Origin: a bacterium
Lineage (GTDB): Bacteria > Desulfobacterota > DSWW01
Direction of reading: 5' to 3'
Length of the DNA: 64,000 nucleotides
NCBI GenBank assembly: GCA_040756235.1
Contig: JBFLZG010000132.1
Span: 1 to 64,000 of the forward strand
Position 1 is the stretch's first letter. Each line of letters begins with the position of its first letter. A program made the position numbers and the translations under genes. The notes beneath the pieces are model-generated. The model had not been told where the DNA came from and did not search any database. It saw nothing but the letters and a program-made list of their open reading frames with translations. Below, piece after piece: positions 17,315-26,661 of this stretch.

Positions 17315-18850
17315 TCAAGTGGCCTTGCGCAGGGACTCGGCCAGATCGGCCAGAGCGTCCAGCAGAACGTTCTTCATTTCCTCGCGGGTGACGCCCCCGG
17401 CCGGTTCTCCAGATGGCGCTTCCACGAGGAAGGATGCGCCGTCGGCAAGGTTGGTCAGCCGGGCCAGGAAGAGACTGCCTTTCCCGATGATCATGACGCG
17501 GCGGATGGCGCCCGAGGCGATGGCGTCGACGGCGTGACCGAGAAAGGGGACTCCCGAGGGAATGTGCCCCTGGGTCTGGGCAAAGCCGACCAGTCCGTGC
17601 CTGGCGACGAAATCGTTCAGGGCTGCACGCTCCAGTTGCCCCTTCACGACCGCGAGGGCCGCGATCATTTTTGCGTTGGCCTCGGGAACGTCACCGGCCC
17701 CGGCGGGAAGAGTGATTTCCGGGATCTGGAGCTCGGCCGCATACTTGTCCACGTCGGCGAACTTCAGGCCCGCCTTCTGCAACGGGTCCCACACCAGCGC
17801 TGTGGTCACGGCCTGGGGCGAGGCGCCGGCCCCGACCGAGTGTTTCCCCAGGGCGTCGAGGCGGATGACCGGGGTCTCTCCGTCGTCGGGAGTGAGCAGC
17901 ACCGCGAAGTTGCCCAGGCAGGTTTCCAGGGCCGGGAGCCCTTTTTTCACGTGATCGCGGGAGTTCATGAAGAGCTTGGGCAGGGCGCCGCCGGCGAGCA
18001 CCACCACGTTCTTGCGGGCGCCGGAAGCGACCAGGGAGGCACCGGCGATCAGCGCGTTCACCGGACCCGCGCAGAAAGCGCGTACGTCCAGGCCGCTTGC
18101 ATGGACGCAGCCGGCGCACTCGGCGATGGCCTTGGCAAAATTGCCGCCTCCGCGCTGGTTCATGTCACCGGCGGCCTCTTCGGAGCATTCGATCAGGAAG
18201 TCGACCTCGTCCGGGCGCAGGCCGGCGTTGCGGAGCAGATGGAACAGGGCCAGCAAGCCGCCCGCCTTGCTGGCCAGGTTTTCCACGAGGACATGAGCCG
18301 AAAGAGATTCGTCGACCTCATGGCCCCGGCGGCAGCACCCGACCACCTGACCGCCGAAGGTGAAGGGGAGTGCGGCCTTGGTGGCGATCTCCTCCTGAAT
18401 GGCGACGGCGTCCCGGCCGGCCTTCAGGCGCTTGAGGACTTCGGTCGGGAGGACCGGGTGGGCCAGGAGTTTGTCTCGAACCGATGCGGCGAAGCCTGCT
18501 TCGAGCCAGATGAGATCGAATACGTCGCACATGTCCATCAAGCCGAGGAATTCATCCTCGGGCATGATTTCGCCGTACTTGCCGAAGCGAGCCGGCGCGC
18601 CCGCGAGGTTGGCGTACCATGGGCGGGGATGCGCCGCCAGTTGTTCGACGGTCATGGCGCCGATGAACGCCAGATTCGGAGCGTAGCGCGCCGCCTCCTC
18701 GTAAGGCTGAATGAAGTTGGGAAGCTGGGCGAGAAAGGCGGAGTCGGGCTTTTCACGGCGCTCCAGGTACGGGGTCGTGCCGTAGCGGGAGCCGAGCTCC
18801 GGCGTGTGGTTGAGACAGTACGCCGTGCTCTTGACGGCTGCGTTGGGCAT
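17315..18850 (-). CDS. grdC: Glycine reductase component C, beta subunit
   Basis: GEIMPEDEF, ECSEEAAGDMNQRGGGNFAK, QGHIPSGVP, GKGSLFL. Confidence 0.93.
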   Translation of the reverse strand: MPNAAVKSTAYCLNHTPELGSRYGTTPYLERREKPDSAFLAQLPNFIQPYEEAARYAPNLAFIGAMTVEQLAAHPRPWYANLAGAPARFGKYGEIMPEDEFLGLMDMCDVFDLIWLEAGFAASVRDKLLAHPVLPTEVLKRLKAGRDAVAIQEEIATKAALPFTFGGQVVGCCRRGHEVDESLSAHVLVENLASKAGGLLALFHLLRNAGLRPDEVDFLIECSEEAAGDMNQRGGGNFAKAIAECAGCVHASGLDVRAFCAGPVNALIAGASLVASGARKNVVVLAGGALPKLFMNSRDHVKKGLPALETCLGNFAVLLTPDDGETPVIRLDALGKHSVGAGASPQAVTTALVWDPLQKAGLKFADVDKYAAELQIPEITLPAGAGDVPEANAKMIAALAVVKGQLERAALNDFVARHGLVGFAQTQGHIPSGVPFLGHAVDAIASGAIRRVMIIGKGSLFLARLTNLADGASFLVEAPSGEPAGGVTREEMKNVLLDALADLAESLRKAT

Positions 18851-18868
18851 GTCGCTGTCTCCCTTCGT

Positions 18869-19807
18869 TCAGCAGCCTCTCAGGCTTTCCAGGTATTGTT
18901 CCGCGTTGAAAGCGGCGCTCGAACCTTCTCCCACGGAGGCCGAGATCTGCCGCAGGCGCTTGCTGACCACGTCCCCGGCCGCATAGATGCCCGGCACGTT
19001 CGTTTCCATTTCCCTGTTGGCGATCACGAACCCGTTCTTGTCCAGGGATACGGCGCCGTTCAGGAACTCCGAGGACGCCGAGGTTCCGACGAAAATGAAC
19101 ACGCAATCGGTGGCCATTTCGGAAACAGCGCCGGTCTTCAGGTTCTTGAGGGTGATGCCTTGGACCAGCTCCTCCCCATGGATCCCGGTGACGACGGTGT
19201 CCCAGATGAACCGGATCTTCGGGTTGCTGAAGGCCCTCTCCTGGATCACCTTCGTGGCGCGCAGCTCGTTTCTCCGATGGATGATGTTCACCTGCCGCCC
19301 GAACCTGGTTAAGTAGATTCCTTCCTCCACCGCGACATCCCCTCCCCCGATCACGGAGATGATACAGTCCTCGAAGAAGGCGCCGTCGCAGGTCGCACAA
19401 TACGAGACCCCTTTGCCTGTGAATCTTTCCTCGCCCTCCACGCCGATCTTGCGTGCGCGGGCGCCGGTCGCGACAATGATCGCCTTGCAGCGGATCGCCC
19501 CGTCCTTCAGCACGACCGTTTTTTCGGATCTGTCCGGGTGGAGCTCCACGGACAGCGCCGTTTCCTTCACGATCTTCAAGCCGAACCGCGTCGCCTGGTG
19601 GACCATTCTGCGAACCAGCTCCGGGGCCTCGATCCCTTCCGGAAAACCGGGATAGTTCTCCACCCACTCGTAGGTCATCAACTGCCCGCCGCAGGCCGCG
19701 CCCTCCAGCAACACCACGTCCAGGCGGGACCGCGCAGCGTACAAGCCCGCGGTCAGGCCTGCAGGCCCTCCTCCCAGAATCACCAGGTCATGGTATTCGG
19801 ACGTCAA
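18869..19807 (-). CDS. trxB: Thioredoxin reductase
   Basis: GGGPAGLTA, GVSYCATCDG, GGGDVAVEE, YAAGD. Confidence 0.95.
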   Translation of the reverse strand: MTSEYHDLVILGGGPAGLTAGLYAARSRLDVVLLEGAACGGQLMTYEWVENYPGFPEGIEAPELVRRMVHQATRFGLKIVKETALSVELHPDRSEKTVVLKDGAIRCKAIIVATGARARKIGVEGEERFTGKGVSYCATCDGAFFEDCIISVIGGGDVAVEEGIYLTRFGRQVNIIHRRNELRATKVIQERAFSNPKIRFIWDTVVTGIHGEELVQGITLKNLKTGAVSEMATDCVFIFVGTSASSEFLNGAVSLDKNGFVIANREMETNVPGIYAAGDVVSKRLRQISASVGEGSSAAFNAEQYLESLRGC

Positions 19808-19829
19808 GTCACGCCTCTCCCGAGCACGG

Positions 19830-21170
19830 TCAATCCCGGTCCAATGTCACCACGGTGGGCCCTTCCACCTCCGTCTGCAGCAACCGCAAAGCCTTCAAGA
19901 TATACTTGCGACGCAGCTCTTTTTCCTTTTCCAGGGTCAAGGCAGGATCTCCCACAGGGTTGGGCACCGCGTGACCCTGCACGATCCGGTTGACGCCGAG
20001 CATCTGCGCGATGTTGGGGATGGGGGTGATCTGAACGACAGGGATGCCCATCTTCTCGATATTGGACGCGATCGTTGCCCCGCAACGAGTGCTGGATCCT
20101 CAGGTGGAGGTGAGGATCGCGGCGCGGATGGTTTCCCTCCGCTTGATCTCCGCGCCGATCTCGTCCCCCATCTCGCCGCATCGCTTCGAAACGGTGGTGC
20201 AGCCCGAGGTGGAGAAGAAGGTGGGATGGAGCTTGCCGATCGTCCCCTCTGCGGCCAGCTCGCACATCACATCGAATGGAACCAGCCGGTCCGGCCTCTC
20301 CAGGACGTAGTCGTTGAAATAGCCGGCGTGGGCGACCTCGTACTCGCGGCGCAGGGCTTCGACGTCGTAGGCGCCCCAGCGCAGATTGCTCCTTCTGGCC
20401 AGTCTGTCGGGGTTCCCTTTGGGGACTAGACCGCCGTCGCTGATCAGGGCGATCTCGGCGCCTTCCAGATCCCGGATGGCCGGGGGCGGCGGCACCTTTT
20501 CGAACCGGGGCGGGACGACCTCGCTCTCGAACGGTTCTCCCCGAAGCTTCGCCAGCAGCTTCTCGACGCTGCGCTCCGCAATGCTCTTCTCGCAGTATTC
20601 GTTGCGCAGCAGGTTGCGCGAGAAGTAGTTGTACTCCCCGGGTTTGGGCAGGTTCTCCCGGCTCAGCAGCCGCATCTCCTTTTCCCCGGAGACCAGGCGC
20701 ATGGCCAGCCTCACCATGTCGCGGATGACCTCGAGCATGCTCCGGGCCATGTTGCCGGTCTTGCAGATGAAGGCGTACTTCCGGTAGAGCTCCATCCCGG
20801 GAACTTCCTCGAACATGCCCGAGACCACCGGGATGCCGAGCTCCGCACCCACCGCCTTGCACATGGCGCCGCAGGCGATGCTGTAGCGCCCGGCGGCGAA
20901 CGCCGGACCGGCAAAGAAGAGGTCGGGGCGGTAGGGAGCGACCAGCTTCAGGCCTTCCTCCGCGTTCTTGTCCGGGTTTACGGCAAAGGAATCGTCGCCG
21001 CAGATGACCGTGGCGACGACTTCTCCCCGGTCCCCGAGCTCCTTCTGCAGGGCCATGCCCGGCCCGACCGGGCCTTCCTTCACGAGGAATCCGGTCGAGG
21101 CCTTTTCTTCCCCGCCTACCTGGCCGAAGAATTGGTTCAGGTAGTGAACGACTCGCAGTTTTTCCGCCAT
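19830..21170 (-). CDS. grdB: Reductase component B selenoprotein subunit (GrdB/GrdF/GrdH family), Sec at codon 357
   Basis: VVHYLNQFFGQ.GGEE, GPAFAAGRY, ILTST-UGA(20100-20102)-GSSTRCGAT...GIPVVQ joins two in-frame ORFs into 446 aa. Confidence 0.92.
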
Positions 21171-21190
21171 GGCATCCTCCCTGTATGAAG

Positions 21191-22483
21191 CTAATACTCT
21201 TTGACAATGACCCTGGCACTCCCGGTACAGTCGAGGACCCCGGGAAGCAGATACTCTTCGATATCGATCACAGGGTCACCCGCAGACTGATCGATGGGAT
21301 CCGGGCAAAAGATCTTCGTCTCCGCAGTCCCTCCAAGGAACTTTTCCGCCTTCCAGGGAATCTTGGTTCTTTCAAAGGTGGCCGAGGAGGTGATGATGCA
21401 GTCGAGAGCCGGCTGGTTGAAAAGAATCGTGTCCGCCAGCGTGCCAAACGGGGTCAAAGGCTGGGTGAATATGGCCGTCTTTACCCCCAGCTTTTCACAT
21501 TCCTCTCCGGTCATGGCCAGGTCGATATGAGGCATGCCGCCGGTGATTTTCACCAGGATCACGCCGTCCGCTCCCAGCACGTTCTTGACCAGATTGGCGG
21601 CCATGCAAGCACTTCGGGCCCTCGCGGCAGGCTCCATGTTGGCTACGGTGCACACCACCCCGGCAAAATTCAGGTCCCTGCCATGGTGCCGGTACAGCTC
21701 CTTGACGACGCCGTGGTTCTGAATGCTGTACGTGTCGAGGGCCTTGATCGCGAGCCAGCCCACGACCCCCCCATCCAGAATTTCATTCGGGTGAACCACG
21801 GTCGGCATCAGGTGGCGGACGTCCGTTCCATAGAAGCAGGCATCTGAGATGGCACGATGATCGAACTGGGGACTGTAGAGCTGATAGTAGCACGCCACGC
21901 GAGGAAGATTGGATTTGCGGTCGAGGTGCGGAATATCCAGGTCGTAGACCTCCACCTGGCTCGCAGGATGCCGGTCCGCTCCCCGCGCCAGGTACACCGC
22001 CGTTCTCAGGCCTGCGGCTTTCACCGCATTCTCGAAATCGCGCTCCTCGATCCCGGCGGCTATTCGGGGCGCGACTACAATATTGTTCATCTTCCCGTAG
22101 GGGCTCATTTCGGCAATGGGGCCGGCCATGTCGAGAACCCCGTTCTCTTTCCTGTTGGTGCACGGATTGGAGACCAGGACGGCAATGTTCTGCAAGGACC
22201 GGGTGCGCCCGCTGCCGGCAATCTGCATCTTGCCGATAAAGCCCGGAAAATCGGCGTCGGTCTTGTCGATCTTGCATCGAGGTTGAATGACGTCCATGAG
22301 ATTCAGAATTCTCACGTTTTCGCCCGGAGAGACCAGATGAAGATCCACAGACCGGATTCTGGGATCCTGGAGAATCCGCTCCTCGAGCTCCTCGAGATTG
22401 ACAGACAACACGCCTTCTTGAGCCTGCGTCTTTGAACCTGTTTGAATTTTCTTTATGTCTATGGATTCGATTTCAAGTCTCAT
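21191..22483 (-). CDS. Reductase component B proprotein-family subunit (GrdE/GrdG/GrdI-like), divergent
   Basis: MRLE..I, DVIQPRCK, GSGRT, LPRVA, PT..HPNEILDG, HG..LNF.GV, LGADGV; 430 aa. Confidence 0.88.
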   Translation of the reverse strand: MRLEIESIDIKKIQTGSKTQAQEGVLSVNLEELEERILQDPRIRSVDLHLVSPGENVRILNLMDVIQPRCKIDKTDADFPGFIGKMQIAGSGRTRSLQNIAVLVSNPCTNRKENGVLDMAGPIAEMSPYGKMNNIVVAPRIAAGIEERDFENAVKAAGLRTAVYLARGADRHPASQVEVYDLDIPHLDRKSNLPRVACYYQLYSPQFDHRAISDACFYGTDVRHLMPTVVHPNEILDGGVVGWLAIKALDTYSIQNHGVVKELYRHHGRDLNFAGVVCTVANMEPAARARSACMAANLVKNVLGADGVILVKITGGMPHIDLAMTGEECEKLGVKTAIFTQPLTPFGTLADTILFNQPALDCIITSSATFERTKIPWKAEKFLGGTAETKIFCPDPIDQSAGDPVIDIEEYLLPGVLDCTGSARVIVKEY

Positions 22484-22513
22484 GCGAGTCTCCTTAAGCG
22501 GTTGCGGGGAAAA

Positions 22514-23233
22514 CTACGCAGTACGCGACAGGGCCGGATGGGCAATCCGGTTCTTCACCATTTCAACGGCAAACTGAATATGCTTCCTCAGCTCTTCTCT
22601 GGCCTGGTCGTACTTGCCTTTGCGAATGAACTCGACCGTCCTGTTGTGGTCCCGCAGAGAACGCTGCGCCGTGCCGTCGATTTGAAAATAGACAAACTGA
22701 TAGCGGGCGAGATAGAAACCGATGGAATGATAGATTTGGGTCAGCATCGCGTTTCCGGAGGATTCGACCAGGGAATGGTGGAAATCCAGGAAGACCTTGA
22801 TGTACGCCAGTAGATCGTTGGGGCCGGCACTCGTCAGAGGCACCGGCAGGTCCGAGGCCTTGTCCAGGGCCGCGCTCACTTTGGGCATGTTCCGGGTGCC
22901 GGCGGCCTCGAGGAGGTCGATGGTATAGCACTCGATCATCTCCCGGACCTGAGCGACCTCGGTAAAATCCTGGGCGGAAAGCTCGGCCACGTACGTGCCT
23001 CTCCTGGGAACGTTGACGACCAGATGGTCCTTCTCGAGGAGGCGAAAGGCTTCTCGCAGGGGAGGGCGGCTGATGCCGAGCTCGATCGATAGAGCCGATT
23101 CGTTGAGCTTCTGTCCGGGCTTCAATTCGCCCGTGATGATTTTCTCTCTCAGCAGCTGCAGGGCGCTGGCGGTAACGCTCAGGATTTCCATCGAGTTCGG
23201 CTGGCCTTTCGTGGGGAGGGAAGCCGTGGGCAC
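22514..23233 (-). CDS. GntR-family regulator (FCD domain)
   Basis: LKPGQKLNE...ISRPPLREA...PRRGT; start could be ATG at 23191. Confidence 0.92.
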   Translation of the reverse strand: MPTASLPTKGQPNSMEILSVTASALQLLREKIITGELKPGQKLNESALSIELGISRPPLREAFRLLEKDHLVVNVPRRGTYVAELSAQDFTEVAQVREMIECYTIDLLEAAGTRNMPKVSAALDKASDLPVPLTSAGPNDLLAYIKVFLDFHHSLVESSGNAMLTQIYHSIGFYLARYQFVYFQIDGTAQRSLRDHNRTVEFIRKGKYDQAREELRKHIQFAVEMVKNRIAHPALSRTA

Positions 23234-23237
23234 ATCC

Positions 23238-23284
23238 TTGTCTACAGTCTACAAAAGTCTAAACAGATGCCTGCACCCTGTCAA
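23238..23284 (-). promoter_or_regulatory. Sigma70 promoter of the gntR-grd operon with GTCTACA repeats
   Basis: TTGACA (23279-23284), N17, TAGACT (23256-23261); three GTCTA(C/A)A units over the -10 and start site. Confidence 0.75.
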
Positions 23285-23436
23285 CAGGAAAATCACTCCG
23301 GTTGCCTGCGGGCACTCTTGCTCGACCCGTGCGGGCGCGCTGCCGGGCAAGGTACTTGACGGCGCTCGCGGTTCTGGAATACGGGAAGAGCATGAGTCCC
23401 GCAAAAGGTCCCCAGCCAAGCACAGGAGGAAGGTCC

Positions 23437-24858
23437 ATGAGTCAGGAGGTCAATTGGGAGCAGGTCTATGAGTGGGATGCCAAGCACTACCTCCACGTCA
23501 AGCAGGCGGCCTGCGAACGCCGGTTCCTGCCGGTGAGCCGCACCGAAGGAAACCACGTCTACCTTGCCAACGGCATGAAGATCCTGGACTTCGTGAGCCA
23601 GATCATCGGTGCCAATCTGGGGTATTGTCACCCCCGGATTACGGCCGCGATTCGCGAGGCGGCGGAGAAGATCGGTTTCGTGCAGGAGCTTTTCTGCACC
23701 GAGTACCGGAGCCGAGCGGCCAAGCTGATCCTGGAGGACCTGCTCGGTGCGGAGGACTGGGCGGGCCGGATCCGCTTCGTGAATACGGGCAGCGAGGCCA
23801 ACGAGCAAGCGTTCGCGATCGCGAAGCAGGTCACCGGCCGGCCGAACATCGTGACGCGCGAATATGCCTATCACGGATCGACGAGCGGCGCCGCGGGAGC
23901 GAGTCGAAATCGCTACTATCGATCGACCCTGGCATCGCCGGAGACCGGCGCGATCCGGGACGTGCCCAACTTCCCGGGCTCGGGCTTCCACGTCGTGCCC
24001 GCTCCGTACTGCTTCCGCTGCTCTCTGGGGCACACCTATCCCGCCTGCAGGCAAGCCGACGGTACCCTCTCGTGCATCCGTATGTCGGAGCACATCATCC
24101 GGACGATCGGCGCCGAGACGGTCGCCGCTTTCGTTACCGAGATCTACTACGGCGGCTCCGCCATCGACCCTCCGGCCGAGTACGTTCCGCAGTTGCGCGA
24201 GCTGACCCGCAGGTTGGGCATTCTCTGGATCGACGACGAGGTGATCTGCGGTTTCGGCAGGTGCGGCAAATGGTTTGCCTACCAGCTCTTCGAGGGTGCG
24301 AAACCCGACATCATGACGCTGGGGAAAGGCATGAACGGGTGCGCCCTGCCGGTCGGAGCGGTGGTCGTCTCTCGGGACATCGCCGATGAGATGGGAAAGT
24401 ACCGGTACTGGACCGGCAGCACCCATGCCGGGCATCCGGTGGTCCTGGCGAGCGTTGCGGCCGCGCTGGAGCTCATGATCGAGGAGAACGTTCCGGAGGC
24501 CGCAGCCGTGAAGGGCGGCCTCCTGGCGAAGAGGCTGGCCCAACTCGAGAGGGAGCACAAGAGCGTCGGGCTGGCACAGAGCGTCGGGCTGCTCGGGCTC
24601 TTCGAGGTCGTGCGGAACAAGCAGACCCGGGAGCCGTTCGTGAAAGAGGACCGCTTCGCCACTTTCGCCGGCGACATATCCAAGTACCCGGAAGTGATGA
24701 TCTCGGAAAGGTGCATGCTGAACGGGGTGATGGTCGGCTCGGCCGTGCCGAACACGCTCCGCGTGGCACCGCCCCTGACGATCACCGAGCAGGAGATCGA
24801 ATTCGGGATGGAGGTGATCCACCGGGTGATGATGGAGATCGACGGGATGTGCGACTGA
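23437..24858 (+). CDS. Class III (omega-amino acid) PLP-dependent aminotransferase
   Basis: GSEANE, YHG, DDEVICGFGR.G, PDIMTLGKG; AGGAGG RBS before MSQEV. Confidence 0.92.
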   Translation: MSQEVNWEQVYEWDAKHYLHVKQAACERRFLPVSRTEGNHVYLANGMKILDFVSQIIGANLGYCHPRITAAIREAAEKIGFVQELFCTEYRSRAAKLILEDLLGAEDWAGRIRFVNTGSEANEQAFAIAKQVTGRPNIVTREYAYHGSTSGAAGASRNRYYRSTLASPETGAIRDVPNFPGSGFHVVPAPYCFRCSLGHTYPACRQADGTLSCIRMSEHIIRTIGAETVAAFVTEIYYGGSAIDPPAEYVPQLRELTRRLGILWIDDEVICGFGRCGKWFAYQLFEGAKPDIMTLGKGMNGCALPVGAVVVSRDIADEMGKYRYWTGSTHAGHPVVLASVAAALELMIEENVPEAAAVKGGLLAKRLAQLEREHKSVGLAQSVGLLGLFEVVRNKQTREPFVKEDRFATFAGDISKYPEVMISERCMLNGVMVGSAVPNTLRVAPPLTITEQEIEFGMEVIHRVMMEIDGMCD

Positions 24859-24859
24859 G

Positions 24860-25046
24860 CAGGCTGTTGAAAAACGCCCATCTGCTGCGTTCGGCTCGTT
24901 CTTCGTTCCCGGCCTTCGCCGGGACAGGCTCCCCGCCCGTCCGCCGGATCCTTAACTTAAGTACGCCTCACTCCTCAGAACTTCGCCTGCCTTGCATCTG
25001 GGCATTTTTGAACAGCCTGCATCAGGCCCACTTTTTCAACGGGCTC
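24860..25046 (+). mobile_element. MITE-like element, copy A
   Basis: TIR CAGGCTGTTGAAAAA / TTTTTCAACGGGCTC; core CCCATCTGC..CGTT...TACGCCTC...CCTTGCATCTGG; flanks TGAG/TGAA. Confidence 0.75.
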
Positions 25047-25057
25047 TGAAGACAGCG

Positions 25058-25136
25058 TGAAAGGGGAAGGGAAAAAGGCGAAAGGCGCGCTTTGTCCCCG
25101 CCTCTGACTTTGACCTTTTGCCGTTTACCCTTGACC
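25058..25136. repeat. Inverted heptamer tandem repeat (GNNAARG)n...(CYTTNNC)n
   Basis: 7-nt periodic arms in opposite orientation; overlaps the acyl-CoA synthetase stop. Confidence 0.6.
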
Positions 25137-26651
25137 TGCTTCGCCGGCAAACCGCTTCTTCAGCTCGGGCTTGGTCACCTTGCCGAGGACGTTGCGGGGC
25201 AGCTCGTCCAGGCACGCGAGCCGGCTTGGCACCTTGTAGCCGGCCAGCCGTTCCTTGGCCCAGTCGCGCAGCTCCTCCAGAGAGAGGGAGCTGCCCCTGT
25301 CGAGCACCACGGCCGCCGCAACCCGCTCGCCCCATTCCGGATCCTCGACGCCCACGACCGCACATTCCCGTATCCCGGGGTGGGTCCGCAGGACCTCCTC
25401 GACCTCCAGGGCCGAGACCTTGTATCCGCCGGTCTTGATGATGTCCACCGAAGAGCGTCCGAGGATGCGGTAGTATCCTCGCTCCAGAAGCGCGACGTCG
25501 CCCGTCCGAAACCAGCCGTCGTGAAAGGCGGCCCGGGTCGCCTCCGGCCTCTGCCAGTACTCGAGAAACACGTTGTCACCCCTGACCTCGATCTCCCCAG
25601 GCTCTCCCTCTGCTTGAACCGGCAGGCCGTCCTCGCCCACCAGCCTCACGGTTACCCCGGGAAGCGGCTCGCCCACGTGGCCCGGTCTGCGGTCTCCCCG
25701 GAGGGGGTTGGAGAGAGCCATGCCGATCTCGGTCATCCCGTAACGCTCGAGCAGCCGGTGGCCCGTGATGCGTTGCCACTCGTTGAAAACCTCGACCGGC
25801 AGCGCGGCCGAGCCCGACACCATGAGGCGCATCCGCCTGCAGGCCCTGCTCAGGAGCGACTTCTTCTCCGGTGAGGCGTTCCGCCAGGCAGCGATCAGCC
25901 TGACATACATCGTGGGCACGGCCATGAACAGGGTCACCCGACCCTGGGCGAAACGCTCCCACGCCTGGCCGGCGTCGAACCCGGGCAGCATCTCGCAGGC
26001 GGCGCCCGACCACAGGGCGCAGCCCAGGGCATTGATGATGCCGTGGGTATGGTGAAGGGGGAGCGCGTGCAGGATGCGGTCGTCTTCCTGCCACTCCCAT
26101 GCGGCCGTCAGGGAGGTGATCTGGGCGGTGATGTTTCGGTGCGTGGTCACGACGCCTTTGGGCCTGCTCGTCGTCCCGCTCGTGTAGAGGATCTGGGCGC
26201 GGCGCTCCGGCTCGATCTTGGGCAGGTAGCGGGCGCCCGGGAGCCCGATCCTGTGGAGGTCGCCGGCCGACAGGAGGGCGACGCGGGACCTCGCTGCAGC
26301 CGGTCGAAGCTTCGCTTCGAGGTCCCCGTGAGCGATCACGGATGCGGCGGCCGTGTCCTCGAGCTCGTACTCGATCTCCGGGAGAGGATGGCCCGGGAAC
26401 AGGGGAACGGCGATCCCGCCGGCCAGCCAGATTCCCCACTGAACGGCGGAGTAGGAGAATCCGGGCGGGACGCAAAAGGCCACCCGCGCCTCCCGGAGGT
26501 CGTCCCTTTCTCCCAGCAAACGGAAGGCCACCTGCTCGGCCGCTTCCAGGAGCTCGCCGTAGGTATGCGCCCCATCGCCATCGAGAATGGCAACCCGCCG
26601 CGTGTGCTTCAGAGCTCTGGCGATGATCGGGACACCGGGTTTCTCGAGCAT
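25125..26651 (-). CDS. Acyl-CoA synthetase, malonyl-CoA synthetase (MatB/ACSF3)-like
   Basis: YTSGTTSRPKG, LPLHHTHG, ERYGMTE, WFRTGD, LPRN.LGK. Confidence 0.88.
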   Translation of the reverse strand: MLEKPGVPIIARALKHTRRVAILDGDGAHTYGELLEAAEQVAFRLLGERDDLREARVAFCVPPGFSYSAVQWGIWLAGGIAVPLFPGHPLPEIEYELEDTAAASVIAHGDLEAKLRPAAARSRVALLSAGDLHRIGLPGARYLPKIEPERRAQILYTSGTTSRPKGVVTTHRNITAQITSLTAAWEWQEDDRILHALPLHHTHGIINALGCALWSGAACEMLPGFDAGQAWERFAQGRVTLFMAVPTMYVRLIAAWRNASPEKKSLLSRACRRMRLMVSGSAALPVEVFNEWQRITGHRLLERYGMTEIGMALSNPLRGDRRPGHVGEPLPGVTVRLVGEDGLPVQAEGEPGEIEVRGDNVFLEYWQRPEATRAAFHDGWFRTGDVALLERGYYRILGRSSVDIIKTGGYKVSALEVEEVLRTHPGIRECAVVGVEDPEWGERVAAAVVLDRGSSLSLEELRDWAKERLAGYKVPSRLACLDELPRNVLGKVTKPELKKRFAGEAGQG

Positions 26652-26661
26652 TACGGCAATC

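Noticed and set aside
19830..21170. grdB and grdA as nonsense-disrupted pseudogenes
   Set aside because: The in-frame UGAs fall at the known Sec positions and are followed by hairpins
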